Positions 24,196-35,940 of a stretch of 64,000 nucleotides of DNA are shown piece by piece (within the stretch, counting starts at the first letter, position 1; the number at the start of each line of letters is the position of its first letter). Origin of the DNA: Squalus acanthias (Eukaryota); NCBI GenBank assembly GCA_030390025.1, contig CM059433.1, positions 17,548,001 to 17,612,000 on the forward strand, read 5' to 3'. The position numbers were made by a program, and so were the translations under genes. The notes below the pieces were generated by a model. It was not told the origin of the DNA. It ran no database searches and saw only the letters and a list, made by a program, of their open reading frames with translations.

Positions 24196-24724
24196 AATGA
24201 CTTAGTTTGCAGATCATGGCTGGATTATCCAATACACAAGGGTGGCAAGGAATTTGCATTTCTGCGTTTGACTTAAACGTATCACCTTCCTTTAATATTA
24301 CAGATGCCCTGAGGCATCAAGGAGTACCAAAGTGTTTGATCTTTTGCATGTTGAGTGCTAGATATCTATCATATTAGTTATTAATATGACACTCTCCAGG
24401 TGCTTATCTTTTACAATGAGTAACATGCATTATCTACTGAACAGCCATTCCTGATTACTTCTGAGGTAAATTTGGAGGACCACAATGTATGACTGAAGTT
24501 TCAGATTTGTTTTCATAATTTCCCAGCTCATGTTGAGCTTCTTTGTAATTTCTTGTCAATATATTTTGATGCTTGTTTGACAATCTTTAGTCGCTATAAC
24601 AATGTGTTATATTTAATACTAAAAGCATGAAACCTGAAACAGTGATCAATACCATGCAACTATATAGCCAACCGCATGTTTCACCATTCTCTTCCTCTCA
24701 CCGGACAGTTTATTCATACCATGA

Positions 24725-25113
24725 TAAAAGCAAAATACTGTGAATGCTGGAAATCTGAAATAAAAACAAAAACTGTTGCCATTTTTATGGACAGCAGGTG
24801 CTGTTAATTGTACTGCTGTTCCCATTTACAGCTCCTCTCGACCCATCTTTTGTTCCTTTACTTGTCCCATTACCACCCCCTTTTGCCTTGCACCATCATC
24901 CCTTTCGTCATTTAATCTCTCCTCCCTTGAACCCTATCACAGACCTTCCCTTTTGTTCTTCCCTGCCTCTGCACCTGCTTAAAACCTGTTACATCTCTAA
25001 CTTTTTCTAATTCTGACAAAAGGTCATCGATCTGAGACGTGAACTCTGTGTTTCTCTCTCCATAGATGCTGCTTGACCCGCTGAGTATTTCCAGCATTTT
25101 CTATTTTTATTTC
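24725..25113 (+). mobile_element. Penelope-like element 3' terminal repeat with short inverted copy
   Basis: 24725-24775 (TGCTGGAAATCTGAAATAAAAACAAAAA) is inverted relative to 25085-25113 (TTTCCAGCATTTTCTATTTTTATTTCA); degenerate hammerhead core near 25013-25040. Confidence 0.7.
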
Positions 25114-25284
25114 ATTCATACTATGGTTTGACTGAGCGGTGTGTGAAGGAACAGACTCCATCTGCCTTAAAAATGTTACATAAAACTTTTCCAACAGGTG
25201 ACCACATGTGTGTGGTTACAGTAAGGATAGAAAACTGAGACATCATTAAGTTATAATGTCCCATCCCACCTACGACTAGGTCTC

Positions 25285-25742
25285 TATATAACAGGAAGCT
25301 GGAGAAGTTGGGCCTATATTCTCTGAAGTTTAGAAGAATGAGAAGTGATCTCATTGAAACATAAGATTCTGAGGGGGATTGACAGGGTAGATGCTGAGAG
25401 GCTGTTTCCCCTGGCTGGAGAGTCTAGAACTAAGGGGCATAGTCTCAGGATAAGGGGTTCGTCATTTAGGACTGAGATGAGGAGAAATTTCTTCACTCAC
25501 AGGGTTGTGAATCTTTGGAATTTTCTATCTCCGAGGGTGATGGATGATCAGTTGTTGAGTATATTCAAGACTGAGATGATAGATTTTTGGACTCTAATGG
25601 GATCAAGGGATATGGGGATAGGGCAGGAAAGTGGAGTTGAGGTCGAAGATTAGCCATGATCTTATTGAATGGCGGAGCAGGCTTAAGGCGACGTATGGCC
25701 TACCCCTGCTGCTAATTCTTAAGTGCTTCTGTTCTTGTGTTC
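25285..25742 (+). mobile_element. CR1 LINE 3' fragment
   Basis: KILRGIDRVDAERLFPLAGESRTKGHSLRIRG..RRNFFTHRVVNLWN plus 3' UTR. Confidence 0.9.
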
Positions 25743-26313
25743 TCATCTGAAACACAGCTTATCTCAGCTCATAGTCATAGAGCTGTTTGAAATAGCTGTT
25801 TATCTATGGTTAGAGTCATTGTGGGTGAAATTGGGCTCTGTAGTGCCCGTTTTTTGGGCGCTATGAGGCCTCTTAAATTACCAAAATGCCGACGTGTGCA
25901 CACACTTACGACGGGAAGTGCGCCGGACGCCATCTACGTAAAGGGGTTTGCGCGCGCGCACCTAACAACCGCCGGCTGCATGCAGAGCAGACAGGTCATG
26001 ACGTCAATCAGCGTGTACCGCTGATTTGATGCCGGCGCTGACATTTTGGAGCTGCAGCCTACGCCCTCTCTTAATCTCGCACAGCTGAACACAATGTTAA
26101 ATGGCATGAAGGACCCCCCACCAGCACAATTTAATGTGATCATCAACCTCTTGCAGGTTAGTTGCTGGATTATTTCTTCTGGCAGTTGCTGCAATTCTAC
26201 GTGTTTTTTGTGCTTTTGCATACTTGTTTAAAGCTTCAATAGTCTACAGGCTGGTGCGGAAGTATTTATTTTGGTGACTTAAAGGCTTGTGCACAAACCA
26301 GTTACTTCCAGAT

Positions 26314-26687
26314 ATGGGTGGCCTGGTAGGGCTTCCTTTTGGCATTGAGCATGACTGGGAGAATGAGCAGAGGCCACGCAGAGCAGGACAAGCTGCTAGA
26401 AGAGGGAGGACGAGGAGGGGGAAGAAGGGCTCGCAGCAGGAGGCCATATCCACAGAGGGTCTTAATGAGCAATTCTCTTACCTGAACTTCAGCGAGGACC
26501 AATGCTTGAGATGTCTTCACTTCACAAAATAGGTTGTGACTGAAGTGTGCCAATTGCTGCAGCCACAACTGCAACCTCAAAGTAGGGCAAGGACAGCATT
26601 GCCTGTGGCTGTCAAGGTGACCGTGGGTCTTAACGTTTATGCATCTGGCTCCTTTCAGGCTGCTGCTGGAGATATAGGCAACATCTT
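26314..26687 (+). pseudogene. Harbinger transposase (HARBI1-like) N-terminal region, truncated before DDE core
   Basis: SYLNFSEDQCLRCLHFTK*VVTEVCQLLQPQLQP..ALPVAVKVTVGLNVYASGSFQAAAGDI is the conserved Harbinger N-terminal/HTH block; frameshift and stop. Confidence 0.85.
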
Positions 26688-26689
26688 GT

Positions 26690-27728
26690 CCTCCGGCGAG
26701 CTGGCCCATGCGCTATCCTTTCCCCCTGAGTTGGCTCATGTGCACTTGTGCCTGGTGTCTCGCCACCTGCAGATCCCTCCACTATCCTAGCCTCTAAAAT
26801 ATGCAGTGTCAGTCTCTGAGCTTCTAGTTGTCAGTGTAAGGTCGCGTGACAGTGTCTCTTCATCTTCACTGTCTTCTTCCTCTTCCTCCACTGACTGCGA
26901 AGGTTGCAATTCTTGAGTATCTGACATGAAAAAGGGACAATGTTGGGTAGTGGAGAGGAGAAAGTAAGAAGTGTGTGCTTACACCATCTGCAGCTTGTGA
27001 GTCAGAAGATATTGTGGGAGGAGGGAGAAGTGGGATGAGAGAAGGAGGATTAGGTATGCATATACCCTCGTCATTGATCCCTCCAGTGGCGGTGGCCTCA
27101 GTGATGCCCCTTCCCACGATGGCCAGCACTGTTTCCTCCACGGAGGTTAAAACATTCAGGCACACTTAGACTCCTCCAGTTCTTTCCTGCTGCCTGCTGT
27201 TATGCGCCAACTTTTCCTGCAAGCAATAGGGAAGTGTGTCAGTGAGTGTCCTGCAATATCTTTGGGTGATCTGGCTGTCATAGTTGAATAGGTACCAGTG
27301 TGTGTGAGCTGTGAATTGTAGATGCAAGGCTTGCAACAGTGCTAAGTGTGTGAGGGTGAGGTAAAGCATATGAATTTTAGGGTTGAGTACTCATTGATAG
27401 AGATTGTTGGTAGGTGGGTGATGGGGGGTGTAGTGAATTGAGCAGTAGATGAGGCTAGTGGTGCAGTTGTTAGGATATGGCATTTGAAGATAAACTCACT
27501 GACCTTAGCGACTCGTGTGAGACCATTAAACTTCTTCCTTCACTGCATCCAGGTACTTGGGGCTATACTCCTGGCATTGACCTCCTTCACTATCTCTTGC
27601 CACTGTCTTCTAAGCATGTGTCGGAGAGCCTCTGGCCCCCCTGATGATACAGGACAACGCTCCTTTCTGCCTCTTCCACCAAGACCTCCAGTGCAGTGTC
27701 CAAATACCTCGGCGCATGCTCTCCCATG
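26690..27728 (-). pseudogene. Harbinger Myb/SANT gene remnant; exons ~27728-27504, 27216-27066, 26920-~26690
   Basis: APRYLDTALEVLVEE, QWQEIVKEVNARSIAPSTWMQ*RKKFN, EKLAHNSRQQERTGG; GT/AG sites with the same phases (0, 1) as the gene at 7570-9405; frameshifted. Confidence 0.8.
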
Positions 27729-30415
27729 GTCAGCCATTGTAGATTCTTCCACAGTATAATATTCAGAATTATCTCAGAATTACCATCTGCGCCAGAATGC
27801 ACCTTCCTTTAAGAGGTGCAGGCTAGCTTTAAGTAGTCCTGGTCACTAACAATATTGGGCCCCCTGCTGATGCGTGCAGCCAATGAACATCGCAGGGAGC
27901 GCTGGTTGCACGCAGAAATCATGAAAATGTGCAGGCAGCAAGAAGTTGGCACCTGCCTGCAGTGCAATCAACAGGTGCGGGTTACGTGCGCATCATGAAC
28001 CCTGCGCCCGTATTTGGGGGGTTAACCAATTTAATCCCCGTTGACTCTCTAGCTCACTCCTTCCCATTGGCATTTTGCACAACCTACTTGTCCATATTCT
28101 TTTCAATTCCAATCCCAAGGCTCAGGAAATCTGCGTGCCTTGGTATTACAATGTTTCTATCATTGCCCCTTCCATAATATAAACTAACCAGTTCCCCACT
28201 TAACTTCAGTCAAGCATTATTGCTAAAAGTACTTGCAGGTTCAGTTGCTACATTATATCAGTGATATCTAAAGATACCGTTCAGGACCAAGCCTGGAGCA
28301 GTATTCGCAGAGGCATAACAGCTTGCCTCGTGCATGACATTATGAGGTTTTCCCCATGGTCCCGAGAGAGAGAATGATTTACAGAAATGGATTTAGGAAA
28401 AACGTACAAGTGTCTTTTTGTAAATCATCGCATGACTCTTGCTCCAACTTTGCCACATACATAAAAATTGTTGCATATTTCTAATTTAATCTGAAACAAA
28501 TCCTGATGTGTCCTGGCAGCACTGATTGCACTTACCTGAATAACATTTTTGCAAGGCAAGCAGGAAAGCAATGGAATTGAATCTGTTTGCAAGTCAATCG
28601 TTAATCTGCAACAGCCTCATTGCTCTGAGACGGGAATTCAGATACTTGGGATTTATTTGTATTGTTGGTTGTGGCAAATTTGCTGGAGCAGTTGAAAAGC
28701 ATCTGCCGACGTAGTATGATTGTGGTGATGGCTAATCAGCTTTTTTGCTTGTTTTCTTATTACCAAATTCAACTAGCTTATGAATGAATTCAAGCAGCAC
28801 AGTGGCATTGAGTCTTACTAATGCTAAATGTCACGGAGCAGGTGGACACAGATATGATTCCCTACCCGCCCCACCCCACCAATCTACTCTGTCCCAAATC
28901 CAAGCATTGCTGAGCAAAGAGATGCTAAATGTAGGGTGTCGTTTCTCCCAGCAATGGTGGGAAGCTTGGACGGGGCAAATTTTCAATGATACCACAAGAG
29001 GCAAAACCATGACCATCCAGCAAAGCAAAAATCTCCTTTGTGTGCCGCAGGTATTCAGACATAGTTTGGGGCTGCAGATACGTTTAAATGGCCAATTGCT
29101 TGGTTTCAGCAAGAATTATGACGAGATGAATGCCAACAGATGTTTCTGGGAAATTTCCGGCCAATCAGTTACATAATTGAATTCTGAAAAATAACCATCA
29201 GTGAACTGGTGATTAGCAAATTGAGTCAACGCTCAGTGTGCTGCATAGGATAACATGCATTGTGTTGCATGACACGCAGGTTGAATAGAATAGAAGGCTG
29301 AAGTAAATTAAGCAGTAATGATTAAGTTCTCTAAACTTGGGTTTTAAAAGCCTGTAATTTGTAAGAGGCTGGAAAGACTGAGGGAGAAAGGGAGTTTTGA
29401 GGTCCTGGTAAATAATGATTCAGAGTAGGTGATTGCAATGATTCTTGATGTCAACACAATGCAGGTGGGAGGAAGAGTGTGTAACACAGTGTATTTGGAC
29501 CTTCTGATATAGCTGTATATAGCTTGATGTTACCAAACTCCAGAGAGAGGTTATGAGGGCAGCAGAGCTTAGCATGTAATTCCTGGGAAATTACAAATGT
29601 TCATGTCGAATAGCACTGAGCACTGCAGGGAGCTGCATACTCCTCTCACTCATTACTGTTTTTTTGTAGATTCTTATGAAGTAACAGCAGTGGAAAATTA
29701 GAAAAGTACAACCAACCTCAGCCCATCCAGAGTGTAATATGTTCCAACACCGTTATAAACATTAATTGGTGCACTTACTAGTGTTACTGACAAATGGATT
29801 GAATGTAATGAGCCTAAAAGCATCATAAGGTGATATACCTTCCACATAATGCTTTATCTTTCTTAAATAATAGTGGTACAGAGCATGAATCTCTTTTCTA
29901 TGAACCCTAATCCTCACTTGCGAATACTGGGACTGCAGGGTGCTGTACCATATGTCAAAGGCTAATAACTTGGTTACGCCCGATGATTCTTCCAGTTTCC
30001 AAGTGAATATTCCCAGCTGGAGATCATGACCATGCATGCAATTGCTGCAGAGTGAAATCAGGTGGAAAGTAAAAAGGGATGTACCATTCTGACTACAGTA
30101 CAGGAATAACGGGCTTATTTTAAGGAGTATTCTGTTGAGCCTTTTACTATAGTTTTACTGCTCACTAAAAAAAATGAAGCTGTTGATTGTGCTGTCACCT
30201 TTTTGAAGCAAAATCAGTACGGACTGAAGTTAATCTGCATTAATCTTACTACGCAAAAACTGCCAATTACGTTCAGACCTGCAGCCCTCATCGTTTTTCT
30301 TTCTACCGCCACACCATTCAGATTTTGGGGCTTTATTGATAGCTCTTATCCTCTCCTTCAGTTGACTGAGAAGCTATTTGTGAATTAAAAAAAAACACTA
30401 ACTGATAAAAATGGA

Positions 30416-31088
30416 CATGATGCGGAGATGCCGGCGTTGGACTGGGGTGGACAAAAATGAGAAGTCGCACAACACCAGGTTATAGTCCAACAGATTTATT
30501 TAATTTTACAAGCTTTCGGAGCGGTTCGCTCCTTCCTCAGGTAGGGTAGCAGTGAGAGAATCTCCCAGAATTCACAATATAAACACAGAGAAAATCTATT
30601 CAAATCTTTCCCTACATCAAAGACACACTAAGAGCACAGCCAAGACAATGAGATGTGTCCCAGGGGGTCCAACGTGTCAAAACACCTGCTGGCTGCATAT
30701 CCTGTCAATTTGTGTTGGTTCTTGTGTTCGTCTTTTTTTTAAAAAAACACCTGGAAAGACCGGCCGTGATGTCAAGTCACGTTCTGTATCGTGACATGAA
30801 CCCGATATCGCGATTGAGGCCATCCTCATGAGTGCGGAACTTGGCTATCAGTTTCTGCTCTATGATTTTGCGCTGTCGTGTATCCCGAAGGCCGCCTTGG
30901 AGAACGCTTACCCGCAGATCCGAGGCTGAATGCCCCTGGCTGCTGAAGTGTTCCCCGACTGGGAGGCAACCCTCCTGCCTGGCGATTGTTGCGCGGTGTC
31001 CGTTCATATGTTGTCTCAGTGTCTGCATGGTCTCGCCGATGTACCATGCTCTGGAGCATCCTTTACTGCAACGTATCAGGTAGACAAC
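30416..31088 (-). mobile_element. 5'-truncated Penelope-like element: GIY-YIG endonuclease C-terminus plus terminal repeat
   Basis: VVYLIRC..AWYIGET..LRQHMNGH..VGEHF..EQKLIAKFRTHEDGLN (ORF 30777-31100); absent from duplicate copy B. Confidence 0.93.
30507..30543 (-). ncRNA. Minimal type I hammerhead ribozyme-like motif of Penelope
   Basis: Minus strand TAC-CTGAGGA-A-GGAGC-gaacc-GCTCC-GAAA-GCTT-GTA: core boxes, stem II, short stem I. Confidence 0.65.
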
Positions 31089-31123
31089 GTAAGCTTTCAA
31101 TCTGCTTAAAGCTATAAAGTTAT

Positions 31124-32629
31124 CTTCTTCTTCTTAGGCAGTCCCTCAGAACCGAGAATGACTTGCTTCCACACTAAAAATGAGTTCTCAGGTGACTGAT
31201 GAGTCCAATGCGGGACCGACAGTCTCTGTCACAGGTGGGGCAGACGGTGGGTGGGGTGCTTGGGTTGACGTGCGCTCCTTGCGCTGCTTCTGCTTGGCTT
31301 CCGCTTGCTCCCGGCGAAGAGAGTCGAGGTGTTCGGCGCCTTCCCGGACGCCTCTCCTCCACTTTGTGCGGTCTTGGGCCAGGGATTCCCAGGTGTCAGT
31401 GGGGATGTTGCACTTTTTCAAGGAGGCTTTGAGGGTGTCCTTGAAGCGTTTCCTCTGCCCACCTGGGGCTCTCTTGCCGTGTCGGAGCTCCGAGTAGAGC
31501 ACTTGTTTTGGGAGTCTCGTATCGGGCATGCGGACGATGTGACCCGTCCATAGGAGCTGATCGAACGTGGTCAAAGCTTCGATGTTGGGGATGTTGGCCT
31601 GAGCGAGAACACTGACGTTGGTGCGCCTATCCTGCCAATGGATTTGCAGGATCTTGTGGAGGCAGCGTTGGTGGTACCTCTCCAGTGCTTTGAGGTGCCT
31701 GCTGTACATGGTCCATGTCTCTGAGGCATACAGCAGGGCGGGTATCACTGCTGCTCTGTAGACCATGAGCTCAGTGTCGGGTCTGAGGTCCTGGTCTTCA
31801 AACACTCTCTTCCTCGGGCGACCGAAGGCTGCACTGGCATACTGAAGGAGGTGTTGGACTTCGTTATCGACGTCTGCCCTTGTTGACAGGAGGTTCCCGA
31901 GGTATAGAAAGTGGTCCACGTTATCCAAGGCCTTGTCGTGGATTTTGATAATCGGGGGGCAGGTTGGTAGAGGACCTTTGTCTTACGGATGTTTAGTGTA
32001 AGGCCTATGCTCTCGTACACTTCGGTGAAGGTGTTGACGATGGTTTGGAGTTCGACCTCCGAGTGAGCGCAGACACAAGCATCGTCTGCATATTGTAATT
32101 CGACGACAGAGGATGGGACGACCTTGGATCTGGACTGGAGGCGACGGAGGTTGAATAGTTTCCCGTTTGTTCGGTGAATTAGCTCCACTCCAGCAGGGAG
32201 CTTACTGAGGGTGAGATGGAGCATTGCAGCAAGGAAGATCGAGAAGAGCGTTAGTGCGATGACACAGCCTTGTTTGACCCCAGTCCGTACATGAATTGGG
32301 TCTGTGGTGGAACCGTTGGTCAGGATCACGGCTTGCATGTCGTCGTGAAGCAGGCGGAGGATGGTGACAAACTTTTGAGGGCAGCCGAATTTGAGGAGGA
32401 CACTCCATAATCCCTCATGGTTGACCATGTTGAAGGCCTTTGTGAGATCAAAGAAGGCCATGTACAGTGGTTGGTGCTGTTCCCTGCATTTCTCTTGTAA
32501 TTGACGTGCGGTGAAGATCATGTCCATTGTGCTCCTTAGTGGGCGGAATCCGCATTACGACTCTGGGAGGAGCTCTTCGGCCACTGGGAGAAGGTGATTG
32601 AGGAGGATTCTTGCGATTGACCTTCCGTA
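31124..32629 (-). mobile_element. 5'-truncated RTE-clade (BovB-like) LINE, RT and C-terminal domain
   Basis: DMIFTARQLQEKCREQ..FFDLTKAF, TGVKQGC, QYADD, RLPKQVLYSEL..GGQRKRFKDTLK, CPTCDRDCRSRIGLISHLRTH; (GAA)n tail; frameshifts. Confidence 0.95.
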
Positions 32630-33820
32630 GAGCCTTTTACTCTAGTTTTACTGCTCACTAAAAAAAATGAAGCTGTTGATTGTGCTGTCACCTTTTTGAA
32701 GCAAAATCAGTATGGACTGAAGTTAATCTGCATTAATCCTGCTAAGCAAAAACTGCCAATTATTTTCAGACCTGCAGCCCTCATCGTTTTTCTTTCCACC
32801 GCCACACCATTCAGATTTTGGGGCTTTATTGATAGCTCTTATCCACTCCTTCAGTTGACTGAGAAGCTATTTGTGAATTTAAAAAAAAACACCAAAACTG
32901 ATAGAAATGGAGTAAGCTTTCAATCTGCTTAAAGCTATAGGGGTAGAAATTAGGTCGCGCCCCATTTGGGGCGCAAATATCGTCTGGATGCAAATATTAG
33001 CGCCTGGCGCTAATTATCGGCACTGACAGGAAACTTCACTTTTACCGCCCCGGGAGGTGAGTGGAGCGCTAAAGCAGGCGCTGCACACCTCTCTTAAGGC
33101 GCAAAGGCCAAGGAGTGAGGCGCTACCTCAGAGCGCCGGCGAAGCTCATGTAATGTCAGTCAGCAATGGAACACACACACAATGGCACGGGCCAGTTCTT
33201 AAAGGGGATGGTTAATCTTGCTTTCCATCCACATCCTGTTCATTGCAGCCTTGAATCTCGGCCTGGAGAGACTTGCACATCAAATGTGCTGGAAAGAACA
33301 ATAGAGAGTACCAGGCAAAGAGCTCAGAGTGCAGCTCCCACAGTCTCTGCTAAATCGATACAAGGAATGGCAAATCAAAATGAACCTGCAAAGTGCTGCT
33401 CAGTACTCAAAACTCCTTCACACAACGTTGAATCTCTCCAGAAGTCTCTCCCTCTCTCTCTCAGAATGCGTAGTTCAAAAATGCCACCAACAATAAAAGA
33501 CAGGAAGAGGCCCCCTTTAAATAGCGCCACCCCCAGCCCCACAGCGATTGATAGCGTTCCAGTCTTCTGGTCGTTGGAAGCGCCACTCAATTTCCGCTCC
33601 GGGGCGCCACAAGGGCGTTGCACCATGGAATGACGTCATAATCTGCGCGCGCAGGTGGTCGCAGCGGTAAGTTTTAGCGCCGCCGCACAATCTCAAGTTA
33701 AGTTCTCGAGCGGCGCAAACATCGCTGCGCCCGGGCGTTAGCGGCTTTGCGCCCCATTAGCGCCCTCTTAAGGCGCTAACGGGAGGCGCAACCAAGTGAA
33801 TTTTTACCCCATAAAGTTAT
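32630..33820 (+). repeat. Copy B of the ~314-bp direct duplication, split by a MITE
   Basis: Starts GAGCCTTTTACT and ends ATAAAGTTAT exactly as copy A. Confidence 0.95.
32940..33810. mobile_element. Harbinger-like MITE (871 bp), young family
   Basis: TIR GGGGTAGAAATT / AATTTTTACCCC; TSD ATA confirmed by the empty site in copy A; near-identical inverted copy at 52533-53425. Confidence 0.95.
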
Positions 33821-34253
33821 AAAGAAAGAAAGACTTGCATTTATATAGCGCCTTTCACAACCACCGGACGTCCCAAAATGCTTTACAGCCAATGAAGTAC
33901 TTTTGAAGTGTAGTCACTGTTGTAATGTAGGAAACATGGCGGCCAATTTGCGCTCAGCAAGCTCCCACAAACAGCAATATGATAATGACAGTTTTTTTTA
34001 ACAATGTTGATTGAGGAATAAATATTGGCCAGGAATAACTCCCCTGCTTTTCTTCGAAATAGTGCCATGGGATCTTTTACGTCCACCTGAGGGGCCTCGG
34101 TTTAACGTTTCATCTGAAAGACAGCGCAGCACTCCCTCAGTACTGCATTGGAGTGTCATCCTCGCTTTTTGTGTTCAAATCTCTGGCGTGGGACTTGAAC
34201 CAACAAACTTCCTGACTCAGAGGCGAGAGTGCTACCAACTGAGCCACAGCTGA
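33821..34253 (-). mobile_element. tRNA/Deu SINE (SacSINE1-like)
   Basis: Reverse complement of the 16753 family; head GTCAGCTGTGGCTCAGTTGGTAGC, (CTTT)n tail. Confidence 0.9.
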
Positions 34254-35463
34254 CACTGACTTATAACCTCAAGTTAGGGCCAGCATTAGGTTAACAAGTG
34301 CTACAAGGTACAAAAGTTCACTCAAGGGGCAGTGTACATACAGAACAACGTCGAACAGTCCCTGCTGTTATGCTGTACAGATTAATGGATAGGTAGGAGG
34401 ATGTTAAAAGGCATGAATTACATTGAAGTGGTTCAAATTTGATCAGCTGCAAGAGCAGTTGTCTGCAATTCATTCATGTCCTGAGATTGAGTTATTGGCT
34501 TTAGTTCAGTGCTGCCTGTCTTTAAAAGTACTCAGAGTGGAGAGTGAGTCTTTATATATGCATCCATGCCAACCATCAGTGCTTTAAGCTGACAGTTGGC
34601 TTTCCAAACTACCTGCCTGCTTGTTGGTATTTCACAAGGGAAAATCGGCTTTTTTCCACTAAGGTTGGAGGTTGTTGGTGTCAACTAATCACAATGAGTT
34701 GGAGAGCAGGACTGAAGGTTGTTAGAACCGAACAGGTCAGTTGGTTGGTGGAACTGGAGCCAATTAACCCGATGTTATTTTTCCTACTGTTGTTTGTTCA
34801 CAACCTTGAGGCAGAAACGTTTCAGAATGAGCTGATGGCTTGTGAGAGTTGCAGTTGCAGCTATATTTATTTCGTGCTCATCCCCAAAGAGAAATGACAT
34901 TCAGCAAATAAGCAGTTAGGATGCAGCTTTTCTTAAAAAAAAAAGCATTTTCCTTAAACGGAAAACGTTGTGGAGCAGAGCCAGCTGTTTTCTTAAGATT
35001 GGTTGCTGCCACATTTTTGAGATAGGATGGTGATCTCTGGTGTACTTGCACTGCACTAACAGTTTCTATTTGAGATTTCATGTCACTCCACTTGTCGAAT
35101 CACCAGGGTTTGCAATTAAAATTGGGATCGAAATGGTGGTGAACTTCACTTAATTAGAAAATTTACACTGAGCAATCCTTATTTAGGATCCCACTATAAT
35201 ATACTACTGTGGTGTGTGATAGGGACCAGTGGGCTATTTGTGTGATAGTGCCATTCCTGCTTCTGTTCTATCGTGTTGAAAACTGCTTACAGCTTGCATA
35301 CTGTGTAGGTCGCTATGTTGCCATGCAGTAACCAGAGAGGGAGTCCACACCATCCATATTAGAGTCGATAGCAAAATACTGCAGATGCTGGAAAATTGAA
35401 ACAACAACAGAAAACGCTGGAAAAACTCAGCAGGCCAGGCAACATCTGTGGAGAGAGAAACAG

Positions 35464-35499
35464 AGTTAACGTTTCAGGTCGAAACCCTTCGTCAGTACT
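35464..35499 (-). ncRNA. Minimal hammerhead-like motif, second Penelope family
   Basis: Minus strand AGTA-CTGACGA-AGG-gtttcga-CCT-GAAA-CGTT-AACT; stem I has one mismatch. Confidence 0.5.
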
Positions 35500-35761
35500 G
35501 AGAAAAAAGCAGGAAATGAAACAGATAAAAAAGCAAGTGGGAGGCTGGGGGGAGGAATAAAAGAACAAAAGGGGTGGTCTATGGTAAGTAGAGACATTAA
35601 GAGATGCTCAAGGCAAGACGAGATGGTAATAGGACAGCTTAAGAAACAAAAGGTGGCGCAGAAGTGTGAAGTGTGAAATGCTGGCAGAATGAGAGACAGC
35701 TGCTGTGGGGGAGAGAGAGAAAAAAAAGGGGAAAAGGCACAAACCAAAAGGGTGGATAAAA

Positions 35762-35798
35762 TGTATATATATATATATATATATATGTGTATATATAT
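35762..35798. repeat. (TA)n/(TG) microsatellite
   Basis: TGTATATATATATATATATATATATGTGTATATATATG. Confidence 0.9.
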
Positions 35799-35940
35799 GT
35801 GGTAGGGGCCGAGGTTATGATCTGAAATTGTTGAACTCGATATTGAGTCCGGAAGGCTGTAAAGTGCCTAATCGGAAGATTCATATGAGAGTAGTCTACG
35901 CCCTTTGGGAAGTGTGAGGAGTGAGATTAATAAAAGTAAT

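Larger units (their letters stand above)
25821..28039. mobile_element. Internally deleted PIF/Harbinger transposon (~2.2 kb) with remnants of both genes
   Basis: TIR GTGGGTGAAATTGG / CCAATTTAATCCCC (11/14); flanks ATT/GTT; transposase 5' part on +, Myb exons on -. Confidence 0.85.
30137..31123 (+). repeat. Copy A of a ~314-bp direct duplication (30137-30415 + 31089-31123), split by a Penelope insert
   Basis: Near-identical to 32630-32939 + 33814-33820; both copies give the MKQNQYGLKLICIN.. ORF. Confidence 0.95.
35368..35880 (-). mobile_element. Penelope-like element 3' fragment (second family)
   Basis: Minus strand IFRLGTLQPSGLNIEFNNFRS* (GIY-YIG C-terminus) at ~35815-35880, followed by terminal repeat. 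Confidence 0.85.

Noticed and set aside
30203..30388. Duplicated MKQNQYGLKLICIN ORF (also 32696-32932)
   Set aside because: By-product of the RTE-flanking duplication; non-ATG start, different stops, no motif
33166..33633. 155-aa ORF repeated as a 177-aa ORF at 52666-53199
   Set aside because: Lies inside near-identical MITE copies; no recognisable domain; a 22-bp indel shifts its end, so similarity reflects recent copying
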